From: Sphagnum compactum
Lineage: Eukaryota
Direction of reading: 5' to 3'
Length of the DNA stretch: 64,000 bases
Assembly (NCBI GenBank): GCA_965153455.1
Contig: OZ234494.1
Location: forward strand, 4,650,001 to 4,714,000
The notes under the pieces were generated by a model that worked only from the letters and a program-made list of their open reading frames with translations, searched no databases and was not told the origin of the DNA. The position numbers and the translations under genes were made by a program. Below are positions 29,301-41,459 of this stretch, one piece after another (position 1 is the first letter of the stretch; every line of letters starts with the position of its first letter).

Positions 29301-31333
29301 GTTGAAGAAGGACAACCCATGGACTTAGCCATCCCAAGGTCTAGAACAGTTCGTCATGAAAGAGGAAAAAATGCCAAAAAGATGGTTTCAAAACACTTAA
29401 AAACTCTTAAAGAAATCACATACAATTTATGAAAAACAAGTTAATAAGATTTGAAGACACATTGAATTCAAGATTGGTGATTTTGTGTGGTTGAACATTT
29501 GCAACATCAAGATGTTTGAAGCTTTTGCAAGTTAGTTCATATTAAATTATGTGGGACCTTATTAGGTGCTTTGTAAACCTCACCCATATGTTTATACATT
29601 GTTGTTTCCAACAATTCTTGTGGTGCATCTAACCTTCCATGTGTCTAAGTTAAAGCCATTTAACAAGTATAAAAGGAGGTTGGATAGGGAGCAAAGCTAT
29701 CATTCAAGTTTTGATTTCATTGAACATAGATTTGTAATCAAGGTTGGGTGTAAAAAAAACTAGGTGTTTGGGCAAATAGTTCTAGTAAAATGGAAGGGAT
29801 GTCACTTGAAAAAGGTAACATGGGTGAAACCCTCACATTAAGACCATCTACTGGAAATGGTGAAGGAATTTAAGTTGAAGAAAAGGCATGAGTTGGGGGC
29901 AAAAGAAAACACACAAAAAGAAAAAACTTGTGAGAGATCCCCCAATTTAACTAAGTGTTGATAGGGACATCAACCTTCAAAAGTGAAGGTGCAAGCTTGA
30001 AAATCGTCAAATTTAATGTTTGCAATAAGGGTGCATAAATTCACTTGAAGAAAAATGAGTTGTGTGAGAAGTTAATCTATGAAGGGATGAAGTGAATGGT
30101 TGAAATGAGATGATAATAACCAATGAAAATGAACTTCAGGAATTAAACTATAAGGAAAAACTCCTAACGATTCAATAGGGAAAAATCAAGGTAGCGATGT
30201 CTGCAAATTAAATGGCTTATTTAAAAACTAATAAACAAGCTTATGGGAGTGAAGTTCCAATGCATGGAATTGCCAACAATGTCCTTGAAGGTAAAAGGGT
30301 TTAATTTTAATTATAAAAGCCCAATTCAACATTATCTATTGGTTCATTTAACAACTTATTATGGGTGTGATGGTCAAGGTCATTGAAATGAAACTAGACA
30401 TGGATTCAAGAGAAATCTCTTAAGGTGGAAGAGGCTAAATATAAGCAATGACACTAAGGTGTGCGGGACAGTCATCGTGAATGATGATGCAAATGGGTAC
30501 AAGTGATACCTAAAATTCCTCGTGTTGAAAGCAAAATGACACAACACAAATTAAACCAAAGTCAAGAAATATTTGCAAAATGACTTGTGGTTGGAGTGGG
30601 GACAAGCATGGCCTTGTTATAAAAGGAAAATGTTCACAATGTCAACAAGGACATTGATTTTTTAAAAGTGGGAATGAACGACATGCACTTTGTTGTGCAT
30701 CCCTTCGAAATTCACACAAGGTGGGATTTGTGCCAAGACGACCATGGTAGTGGGGAGTTGAAGTTCGCAAATTGTGATTCAACTCCCTAGTTCATCTTAT
30801 GGATTGGGCCATGAAGGCAAACATGGGTTTGTTCTTTGGGGCAACTTAATGATGTCCTAGGGTGGCACATGTTATTGCTTCACAAAACCTTTTTGGGGTA
30901 GCTGAGGTTGTTTAAAGGCAACATTTTGATGTCATTTCACATTTCCCTTTGGAATAACTTAGTGTTGTCCCTTGGGAATTAGTCTCAAGACAATTTAGAA
31001 TTGTCATGGGAGTGATTATTTATAGTTGGGTTGTGAGCCATCGTTGGGGCCATGGGTGTCAAGGCCTTACACTTTGGGAAACCCACACTTATACTAAGTT
31101 TTAGCCTTGTCTTAACATGTGTTGATTTAGTTATTGAGTCAAATCTAGATGGGTCCAAAAGACATTGTCCTAACCCTATGTGTCGTGGGATGCATAGATA
31201 GGTAGGAGTTAGGCGGTGCAAAGAACTTAGGGGAATGGGAATGCAAGGGACAAACAAAGGGGCATTATAGGGGGCATCTATTTCATTTTAGTCAAATTGA
31301 CAAACACATAAGAGGATGATGCCACACATAACA
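26380..31333 (+). mobile_element. Heavily decayed chromovirus-type Ty3/gypsy retrotransposon (RT, RNase H, integrase, chromodomain, PPT, possible 3' LTR ~30680-31333)
   Basis: Relic motifs: CINYCALNKIIIKNSYPLLQID (~26643), DDILVYS (~26942), RNase H DASGFAIGSVLMQDGH (~27368), DAILVVVDKFSKLA (~28901) and chromodomain LVKWKGCH..KVTWVKP (~29782). A PPT-like AAAAGTGGGAATGA lies at 30664. There are many stops and frameshifts, and the ends are approximate. Confidence 0.8.
27503..28202. mobile_element. 700-bp non-autonomous TIR element (MITE-like) nested in the chromovirus RNase H domain
   Basis: Left GGGCACAAGCATGTTAAAGTAGGCCAA and the reverse complement of the right end GAGCATAAGCATGCTAAAGTAAGCCAA match at 23/27. 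The interior is AT-rich, and RNase H-like sequence resumes after 28202. Confidence 0.7.
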
Positions 31334-31859
31334 TGTAAGAACATACCTACTAACAACATTTTATTAATATTTAACACATCTAATGTGCACTAGTTAGTTT
31401 TTCACCCATCTCCACCCATGAACATGAAAGGTGAATTATAGAAAGTGATAAACTATTTGATCCTTAACGCTTGGGCCAATAATTGTAGTTGGCCAATGAA
31501 AAATGAGAATTTATTAACGAAAAAAATCATTTCCTACTACTACTGTTCTAGGAAGGCCTAATAACAATATGCATTTTTCCAAGCTCCAAATAGTTTCATA
31601 ATTTTTTTCTACAAATTTTATCCATATAATAATGTATAAGGGAATTTTATATGTTGCAATTAGGCATGCTTTAAATTGTATTAGGATTTGGAACATTCTA
31701 CATAACAACTTCAAAGTAAAGCTAGGCTTCAAAAACAACAAATTAATCTTTAAAGGGAAGTTAGGTTATGCCTTTTTTCCAATTCATGAGTTAGTTCATT
31801 TAGTTCCTTGTTAATTTTCAATTCAAATGCCCATTGCACACACCCATTTAGGTTTCTAA

Positions 31860-32679
31860 TGATGCGCTCCTTGGTCCCGGGGTGAACCCACTTGAGGGTT
31901 CACCAATGTGAAGTTGCGGAAAGTTGGGACCAACGGGCACGCTCCCGGCTTCCAACTCTAGAAAGGGGTAGAGGGTCGAGTTGAGAGCCCAGGGATTAGA
32001 CTAGGAAGAGGGACTAGCTTAGCTTGTGTGAATCTGCATCCAAAAACCAAGCACACGAGGTTAGTTTAGCATTCGGGACACCCTTGGGTGTTGGGACAAG
32101 CCACGAGCACTTTGACACACAAGACTCACCACGGCCCGGACTCCGGGGAAGCCACCACCTTCCCCCATATAGTATTTTCTGCAGCTCGCCACGGAGCCCA
32201 CATCCAAATGGCACATTTTGTTGGGACTCCCGAAATGGAGTCCCGAAATTGTCCCGGCGGGACTCCTAGAACTTTGAGCGGCCATAACTCCTGACTCCGG
32301 AGTCCGATTGCGACAAGGTCTGAACCAAAGTTGTAGCCCTCGTTGAGATCTTTTCAACGCCATGTTGCACTCTCTGAGGCGACGTCCGGAAAGGGTCGAT
32401 TCCCGACTTTTAGTGGTCAGGAATCAAACTGTCAGTTTGACTCCCGGCCCTTCTTTTGCCCATAACTTGGGCTGCAGATGTCCGAATGGCCAATGCGAGG
32501 CCATTTTTGATATCTACGTTTCAAGACCTTTCCAATGACACCAAGAACACCTCAATGCGAGGTGTTTTGGGCCTTGCTTTCGAGCTCTAAACATTCGGGA
32601 GTCCCGGAGGACTCCAAACCTCCCACTTTTCCAAGTGTTGGGCTTCACCCCCACACTTGGACAAAGTGGGGTTGCGACA
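31860..32679 (-). mobile_element. Solo LTR (820 bp), comparatively young
   Basis: TG...CA termini (TGATGCG...GCGACA), a 5-bp TSD with one mismatch (TCTAA 31855-31859 / TCCAA 32680-32684), and a GC/CpG-rich block sharply bounded by AT-rich DNA. Orientation is tentative. Confidence 0.8.
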
Positions 32680-33699
32680 TCCAAAGTATGTTAAATCTAG
32701 TTTATTTTGTGTTTAGGGGTTGAAATATTTTTCTTTTAAAAACTTCTACCCTCCACCTCATTAACCCATGTTTTTACCAACAACAATTTTCATAAATTAT
32801 TTATAAAAAATTCTATTTATGTGATCAACCAATGTGTTGTTAAAAAACAAAATAGTTCCCCACATAAAATCTACCACTATCTCACTATCAATGTCTTGTG
32901 AATACAATAGTGAAGCCAAATCTTTCAATGTCTATATAACATCAAAAAAATAATTCATGAAAACAAAAAACCAATATGTTGAAACAATCATTTTAAAAAT
33001 CATGATAAATGATGCAATTTGCAAGTGTTAACGAATGTTGGCCAATTTAAGGTACTGTATAATGCGAACAATTTTGGCATAAATTGAATTATTTTTATTT
33101 TTTCGAATTTAATTTTTTTTTATAAAATCAAAATTGAAATATTCTGATTATTGGGTTTGAGCTTCGTACCTGCCACTTTTAGAAGCAAAGAATGTGACAA
33201 TCTAGACACATTTCAAGTATTTCACAAAGACAACAAATCATATTTATTATTTTATATAAATGTTACATGTTGAAAATTTTAAAATTAAAAAATCAACTGT
33301 CAAAGTTAAGATTTGAAATTTAATTAATTATTCTTCAATTTGTTGTCAAATTCGTTCGGGTATTACAATATTAGATCAATTGTATGGTCAATTTTTTATC
33401 AAGTTATGAGATATTGGGACAAAAGGTTCATAAACTTGCTATAGGTATAGGTATCTATATAGTTCATAAATAATGCAATTGACCTCTTGCTAAAACTATT
33501 AAAACTTTGAACATGAATCAACTTCCTATTCCTTTAAAACATGTTAAGTTTTCTAACTATATAGATACAAGTTTTTAAAAAGGAGAATTGTCAAACCTTG
33601 TTTATTAAACAAGTTAAAATTTTGAAAAAATTCTTTAACATCCAATTAAAGCTTGAGAAAAATAATCACAAGGACAAGATTAACAAAAACTTAGATAGA

Positions 33700-34552
33700 A
33701 CAATAATGTAACCTTTGTGAATTAAATAGACAAAAATAGAAGATGTTTGAACAAGTTGAACTAAATGTATGATATTGACCAAGGTTGTGGGCATTATTGG
33801 ATAAACAGCCCGTGTGAAGTGAAGTTGAATGCCATGCCCCCATTAATGGAGGTTTTGGCACGAGATTTAAATGAACCAACCCTTTAAATGCAAGCTTGTG
33901 CCAATACCACTTGAAGAGGGCACATCAAAGTTGTGAAGGAATTTGACATGAGTCATGCTAAGTCAATTCAATGCAAGGCCATATGACAAGAGCCAATAAC
34001 AAATCAAAATAAGGAAGAAATGTGGGCTCAATGAATTTGTGAAGTAAGGCTTGGTTAAGAAAATAGCAAAAGGCCATCAAGGATCAAAAGTAAGATCAAG
34101 ACACCATGAGGTGACCTAGGTGACTTAGGGCCATGGTGACACCAAGTCAAAAGACTTAGTAGTGGGTAAGCGCCATCGAGGCTAAAGCAAATGACTTGCC
34201 AAGTAAGCATGAACCTTGCTCCTTTTTAAGGAGCCTTGTGCGATTAGGTCACAAGATGTAGCCACGAGGGCATGGGTGACAAGACCTTGGACCATTTGGG
34301 AAGTTCACAACAAGCCTAAGTCCAAGATTTGTTTAGGCTTAGAGGGGTAGTTCGATAGTATCGAAAGTTGGGATGTTGAGAGCAAATTAACATGGACTTG
34401 CAATGACAAGCACATTAAAGTGTAGCATAGGAGCACAACCCAAGGTTTGGAGCAAGTGTGAGGAGTGCTTGGAGCCAAGGGAAGTGCACATAAACCCCAC
34501 TAGCCAAGCAAAAGTGTGAAGCGTTTGAAGGCGATAATGATGGGGTGCAACA
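33700..34552 (-). mobile_element. Probable older degenerate LTR fragment
   Basis: Compositionally distinct non-coding block ending GGTGCAACA (TGTTGCACC on minus) and loosely similar to 30680-31330. No TSD found. Confidence 0.3.
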
Positions 34553-35754
34553 CTCAGGTGAGCCTGATTTCAATAATGCCTGTAATATGTAATATGTAAG
34601 TGTTCCTCCAAATACACTACAACTCTTGTCAAAGGTTTTGATGTCTATCAACAAACCCTGCAGCAGCCAAATGGGAGCAATATCATGTGGCAACCAGCTG
34701 GGCTGATGCTCCTTGGATGTCAGTCAGGCTGTTGTAGTAGGTCATGCTTAAGTAGGGGGTTGTGGCTCACGCCTTTTGTGTTAAACATTTTACCTGCTTT
34801 CCAGAATGTGTAGGTGCATTTGAATTGTTGTCTTGCGGCAATGCATTTAATGTAAAATTCTGTGGCTCTTTTGCAACCTTGTGTTCTCCTGCATGCAGAA
34901 GGTCTGGACTCTGGTGAGTCGGTGACCTGCTGCTGCCGGGCTTGCTTAGGTAGGTAGGTGCTGTCTTTAATTTCTCCTTTTGTTTTAGGCTCAGGAACTT
35001 CATCTCTTTCAGCCTTTTTTTAACAAAGGAAAAGCATAGCATATTCCCTACAAAGTAAACCAATCCATGAACTATATAGTATAGCCCAGGTGCCCCCCTA
35101 CCCTACTCAGCAACAACCCAGCCCTAGCATATCCATTGAGTCATGAAGCAGACTTGGTGCCCTAATAGTTCCCCCCTGCTTGGGATGTGATAAGAAGGCC
35201 AAGATTGAGACTTTTTTCTCTCATAAAAACTCTTTATGATGGCTTTGATAGAAATAGATATGGTTACATTTTAGCAAGTAGCCACTGCACCATCAATGCA
35301 AGCATCTATGACCTACCTATTTAAGTTTCTGTAAATAGACAAAGCTGCATTGGCTGTGCCTGGGAAAATAATGCTGGTTAAACTTGCAGCCATACAGGCG
35401 GCAAACCTTGTTGGGTGAGCCAGCACCCATGCATGTTGCTACCAGTGTTGTACTGGTATATAGGGTGCAACCTGGGTATATATTATTGGTATGAGTACTG
35501 GTATTAAAGAACATACCAGTGTGATCTGAACTGAGGCAATACCAACCTTATACCAGTACTAGTTAGTCTGGTAGATTGATTTTGATTTATTTATTTTCAA
35601 TTTCCTAATGGAGCCATGGTGGTTGTGGGCATCCTTAGGCAGATTTTGACTTAACTGGCAACATTATTTTACTAACTCTTATAGCTAATGGACATAAATG
35701 TGATGACACCCTCCCCCCCAAAAAAACCAGTGCAGAAGCCAAATGGAAGCAATA

Positions 35755-36317
35755 CCTTGTGGCAACCACCACCAACTACACTTGGTTCCCTTCACCTTCT
35801 GAATGGAGTAAGGCCTCTTAGAGCTGATACTTAACCCTGGCAATGTAAAATTTGGACTCAGAGACCCCCATTTAGTCAAGGGCTGGGAAAGGGATCTATA
35901 ATGAATGTTTAGAAGCAACACAAATTTTTGTAGGGTTTTTTCCATGGTACCAATGTAGGTGCTAGTTGACCAAAGGCCCCCCATGTTGCCCCCATGTTGC
36001 TTGCACAAGAGGCTGACTTTGGGCCACCCTCTGTGAAGCCCTTTCAATCTATTTGAGTACTGGTATAAGAGGAAAAGACCCTGGCAGAAACTACTATGTA
36101 GCAAGTAGACATGACCTTTGGGTGAAGTAGCAAAATTACACTGGTATCCTGATAAACCCCTGATTTATTAGGGTTGCCTCCAAACATACCATACTATAAA
36201 GCAGGTTCTCTGAGTCCAATTTAACATTTGGGTGGGGGTTAAATACAACAACCTCAGAGAGGCCTTGCTCAATAAGGTGAAGGTACCAGTTGTAGGTGCT
36301 GCTGGTTCACCCTGGCC
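35755..36317. mobile_element. Foldback/MITE-like element with ~110-bp degenerate inverted arms; another right-arm copy at ~46540-46650
   Basis: TTGGACTCAGAGA (35852) and TCTCTGAGTCCAA (36207) are inverted, as are AGGCCTCT and AGAGGCCT. The end GCTGGTTCACCCTGGCC resembles the termini of the 37757/58757 family. Confidence 0.5.
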
Positions 36318-37756
36318 ACAGACATGCCTTACAATTTGACTTTAATGTGATTTCAAGTTATGTTATTAAAATCTATCTTTTGGGCGGGGTTTGTCCCAAC
36401 TGCTGAATAATGAGGTATTTTTGTAATTCAAAGAATTTGTCAGGCAGAGTGAAGTGAACCTGCTGTGTTCTGTCCATTTCACACATACTGGAAGTTGAAC
36501 AGGACCCTCCCAAGTACATCCCATACACAGTATGAAAAAATGGTGGACAAAGACATCTCTTCCTTCATACCTTCTTGTCAGGTTATAGACAGATATATTA
36601 ATTGAACATTTGAAAGAAGAGAATTCTCCGAACTTTCATGGGAATTTGGATGAATTGTATAAATTTTTTGTAATCTGTATAGATGAATATTTTTAAAAGT
36701 TTCAAATTGGAGCAATGAAAATGTGAAAATTGGTCCATATTGCCCTATTACATTTTACCCCAAGAAAAAGTTTAAGATGTTCAACAACTTTACAAGTAGT
36801 GGTTTCACCTCGTGCCCTGCACATCCATAGACCATTGTTGCTATGCTATGGTGCACGTTTCATAGGAAGAGAATGAAATCTTTAGGACTAAAGAACAACA
36901 AATTAAATTTAGTCCAAATTTAAAGTTATAGCTCCGCTTTTGAATAATCTTAAGATATCTCATGGAACAACTATCATAATAATTGAAAAAAGTGATGGAC
37001 AAGAGACATAAATAGAAATCAAGCGTATAAATATTTGAGAACCCTATTTGAAAAATCGCCCGATGTACTGGACCTTAGGACCTCTAACTTCAAGTGCAGA
37101 AATGACCTTGTAAGCTAAAATTAATTGTTTTTGGTATTCACTCATCCAAATTCACCATCCCATAGGATATTTTGGTTTGGACAATGATTCATTCAATGGC
37201 ATGGATTCCAAATGTATATCATTTCCCCCCCTCTCCCCCGCCCCCCCCTTCTCAGCACTTCCATTGTTCTTCCATGAAGATCGATTTTGTACCAACAAAA
37301 AGGTGCATTCCTGCTTAACAACACCTTCATCAAACATCACCACATCTCATATCTTCTAAAATCAGATCTTTTCAGTCCTCCTTGATGTTTAAGGGTTAAA
37401 GCACTTGCACTTAGTTCAAGTGGGGGAGCCCTTCCCTAACCCAATTGAACCCGTTTCAAATGGGCTCATCTAAATAGTAATGCAGGGCCATCAAAAGTTT
37501 ATAGGAATCATATTCAAAGACCAAAATTTGTGTGTGTGTATGTATATAGATATATATATATCCAATTGGAGCAAAACTTATGACTTGCTAGTACCTACAT
37601 ATGAAGATTTAGAGTTGGGCTGTCAATGAGCTTGGACAACATCCTATAACCCAAGCTAGTTTGGGTGACCTTCACAGGGAGTTAGTGCTAAATGACTGCC
37701 AGAAGGTTCATCTCTCATTTGAAGTACAGATTACACTCAACAGCCCTCGCAAGTAC

Positions 37757-38122
37757 TTAATCAGGGCGCCAGTGAACCAGCGCACCATCGACTGGATGCC
37801 CATCATTACTCAGTTGTGGATGAACGTCAACTGAGTTAATATGTGGTTTCACCGTGGTAACCAATTATGTAAGAAATAGGTCTGTTATATAGGTAGATAG
37901 GTAGGAAAATAGGTAACTACTAGGTAATGGCTGTTCTTACTACCTACCTATTACCAACCTGCTTGTGGGTTGTTAGTAGGTGGGTAGAAAGAAAAGAGCA
38001 ACTGAGCTGACCACCATGGTTAGCTAGGAAACTGAAACCCCAACAGAAAACTGTTTCTTGACCACTCACCGTTCATCCTTCATGGTGCACTGGTGAATGC
38101 TGGTTCACTGAATCCTGATTAA
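37757..38122 (+). mobile_element. MITE with CAGTGAACCAGC-type TIRs; further copies at ~58400-58757 (-) and ~59697-60085 (+)
   Basis: TTAATCAGG..CAGTGAACCAGC / GCTGGTTCACTG..CCTGATTAA inverted ends. Internal blocks (ACTCAGTTGTGGATGAAC, TAGGAAAATAGGT.ACTAC, ACCCAACAGAAAA.TGTTTC) are shared with 59730-60080. Confidence 0.7.
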
Positions 38123-38747
38123 GGGCCACAGTGTTTTGTTTTGCCAATTGTGTGATGTAGCCAAAGTGACCCCAATCCAGGGGGGGAAAAAAAAAGGTTA
38201 ATTTGGCTATATACCATATATGATTTATAGTTTTTTAAAAAGCTTCTATATTCTTGGCTAAAATTATGTACTGGAACTTCTTAAAGAAAACTGGGGATTT
38301 TGGCCTTTTTGATATTTTCAAATTTGACGAATTCAGGCCATTTTTTCATGAAAAATCCTTCATATGTAAATATCTATATATTCATTGAATTCATAATTTC
38401 CATGAAAAATCTTTTGTTTAGGTTGAAATCATAGTTTCCTTGTCAAAATAATTTTGGCCTATTTAAAAAAATAATCCCAGAACCCCAGGGGAAAGCCCAG
38501 CAGAGCAGATGATGAGAAAAGAAGAAATGTTCAAAATGGATATCCAAGTCTAAAAGTTAAAGTGGTATTATATATCATCAGTGCACTGGCACTAGAATAC
38601 TGCTGGCTGGAGTCTCTCTCTCTCTGCCCCGCCCCCCAACAGAATTGGGCGGCTGCAGTGGTACTCATCTGCATGGTGTGTCTCTCTGGCACTGGTGCAA
38701 AAGTAATTGTTGCTAAGAAGTCAGGTGGGATGGCAATGCTCCTGGCC

Positions 38748-38783
38748 TACTACTACTACTACTACTACCACTACTACTACTAT
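38748..38783 (+). repeat. (TAC)n microsatellite. Other SSRs: (TA)n(GA)n 3179-3208, CT/GA tracts 14394-14478, (AAC)n 14687-14709
   Basis: Read directly from the sequence. Confidence 0.9.
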
Positions 38784-39022
38784 GGTGGTGGTTCACTTCA
38801 CCACCTACCTTACCACCTTTTAGCACAACCCTAACCAGTCCCAAACTTTCGGGTTGCTTTATAATCACCCTTTGCTGATGTAGTAATGCCATTGATTATT
38901 ATTGTACATAACATACGAACAACTCATGTTTGGCAAATCTTGTCGAAATAATTAATTTTTTCCAAAGCAGCCCCAATCTGAATGTTTCAGAATTTCAACG
39001 ATAAACTCTAATTATTTATAAT

Positions 39023-39257
39023 GGTGCATTCACACTTGTTGTTAAGTCAGTGTGTTAAATGACAATCTAGGTGGCATCCTACATGGCGCCCAAATAAATG
39101 GGCCCTCACTTAATGGTAAGTGAATGTTTAGCTTAACATAAAATTTTCATGGTAACTAGGTTTAAGTCCTAAATGGGTAGCATGGTGTTGGGGACTCTTA
39201 AGGGCGTGTTAGGGGACTCAACCTGAAGAGTCCCCTAACACCAAGTGTGAATGCACC
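39023..39257. mobile_element. 235-bp MITE (Tourist/PIF-like assignment tentative)
   Basis: TIR GGTGCATTCACACTTGTTGTTA matches the reverse complement of the right end GGTGCATTCACACTTGGTGTTA at 21/22. An internal hairpin TGTTAGGGGACTC..GAGTCCCCTAACA is present. Confidence 0.75.
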
Positions 39258-40020
39258 TTTTATAAAAGTATGCTAACTCCACTAGTAAGTAAGTTTCAGA
39301 GTTATCTTGTGTTTTGAATTGGGTTGGATTTTTTAGAATTTCAACAAACTACTCTTATTAGTTTAATTTTTATTAAAAAATAAATAGTAATTAAAAAAAA
39401 AAAAAAAAAAAAACTCAAGCTGACCCTCTTAAGAAATAATTAGTGTCCAGCACAAGTAGTAGGTGAAGAAGGTACCAGCCATCTAACACAAAGCTCATCT
39501 GCTCTCTCAGATCTCAAATTTCAGGTGAGTTGAGAGAGTTTGTAGTACTATGTGTACTGTATCCTTTTGCTTGGCTTGTTGCACAAAATGTACCCCATCC
39601 CACTGTGAAGCAGGCATCTCTCTGTCAGCCTTTATTTATTTATTTTATTTATTTCTTTTGTGTAAGTGCTGTTGGTAAAAAGCGTGTCAGATGCTAAAGT
39701 GGTAACACAGCAGCAGCATGCCATGGCTCTCTCTCTTAAAACTTAACTGCTTTACCTTAAGGTGTGGCTGAAGAAGAAGAAGAGCTAGTGGAGCTGAGCT
39801 CACTTTTCATGATTCATCCCTACAGTGTAAGTAAGTAAGAAGTTGATGTAGGCTACTAGTGGAGTCTACAACACACATGGCAAATGCATCATGGTGCCGT
39901 CAATTGCGAACAAGATTATTGATGTACCTTCAAATGAGAGGCATTTTTCAATTGGACATCACAGAGTGTAAGATTGTGAACAGATTTGGAATGCACCCCT
40001 TGTGGATAAGTACTCCAGGC

Positions 40021-40335
40021 CAGTGTTTATTTTAAATTTTTGGGTTCACTTTTGGCGATGTAGCCAAAGTGATGATGATGATGCAAAAGAAAAAGAAGAA
40101 GAAAAAACCAAATTTGGCTATATACTCAGATGTTTAAAAAAATAAAATAAAATGATCCTTGTATATTCTTGACTACCTAATCGAACTTATCACTAAACCT
40201 CTAATGATTTGGGAATTTCTTTTGTTGAGTTTTGACAAATTTTGGCCATTTTTCCATGAAAAATCTCGTGTATTAGTTGAATTCATATTTGTCAAATCGA
40301 AATTTGGTTAAAATTTGCCAATGAAAAAATCACTA
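40021..40335 (+). repeat. Member of an abundant ~300-bp interspersed repeat family (CAGTG...GATGTAGCCAAAGTG...AATTTGGCTA). Other copies ~38129-38475 (+), ~47815-48060 (-), degenerate ~12125-12410, ~17625-17915, ~18600-18840
   Basis: Shared blocks GATGTAGCCAAAGTG, AATTTGGCTATA and GGCCATTTTT.CATGAAAAATC. CAGTG...CACTA ends suggest a non-autonomous hAT-like MITE. Confidence 0.55.
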
Positions 40336-41459
40336 TTTGATGCGAATCTCTTTTTAATGGTAAAATGTTGCATAAATTCAACCTAACAAAAACCAATTCT
40401 ACCGCCTTACTTTCATTTAAGGTTGTTGATTTTGCTGAAATTGCCACCATTTGACATCATGTTTGAAACAAGAGTTTTCATGAAGGATGAGTATGCAAGT
40501 TACTTTGCTTGACACATGAAGGCCATAGAATGCTTGATTTCAAAGGAGTCACATCATATGTTGTCATTATCTTGTTGCAAGTTCTTTGTTGTTCTCAAGT
40601 TATTTGCACAACATTGTTACCTTCTTGTCATTCCATTTTTGTGATGATTCAATACGGTGTAATCACTAATTTGCATTGTTTCAATGGTTTGTAGCCACCA
40701 CTGGAGCACAAAAACAACAAGGAACTTTAAGTTAAAGGTGACTATTCAATTTTTTGTTAGTTCTTTTTTATTATTAAATGTTACATTCAATTGTTGCTTT
40801 CGTATGTTACATTCAATTGTTTTTTCCATATGATGCACTAAGTTGTTAATTTTTCTTTGTAATCAATAAGTGCGAGCTTGAAGATTTGCATGATTTGTTA
40901 GTTGTTGCAAAAGTGCATTTTGTGATTTGGTGTCAAGTTTGATTTATTGCTTAAATTGTGTCACCAACAATGATCAAAGATGTAAGATTACAGCATGGAT
41001 GATGCACACATCAAGGTACTAAACTAATGGAAAATGTGTTCATCGCATTTTTCTATAATTGTTTAAGGTTAATTTTAGGTTTTCAAACTCTTTAAACCTT
41101 TTCACATCATTTTATAACATCTTTAAACTTTATCCATTATGTGCTAATTGTAAAAGCTTTTAACAATCGTGTGTAGAGGAGGTTCTATTTTATTGTTTCA
41201 TGTTTTATGTTGTTGCACCATTTTTTATGTCTCTATTAAAACTACTTGCAAGTTTATCATTCAAGCATTTTTCTCTTATATTATTATCAAACCTTATTCT
41301 ATTGTTGGATCTACTATGGCAAAGGCATAAAATCCGTACCCCTCCATGAGCATACAAGCACAACATAAGATTGTGGTAGATCCTTGTCTCATGTAAGAGG
41401 CATTTTTTAATATGTCCAATTTTATTTTGACCATGCTTGTCCAAAGCCAAAGATTAAAC

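Noticed and set aside
32014..32723. Overlapping 60-100 aa ORFs
   Set aside because: These are by-products of the GC-rich solo LTR.
39600..39820. Possible miR156/miR319-like precursor fragments
   Set aside because: Only short partial similarity, with no complementary arm or full mature sequence.
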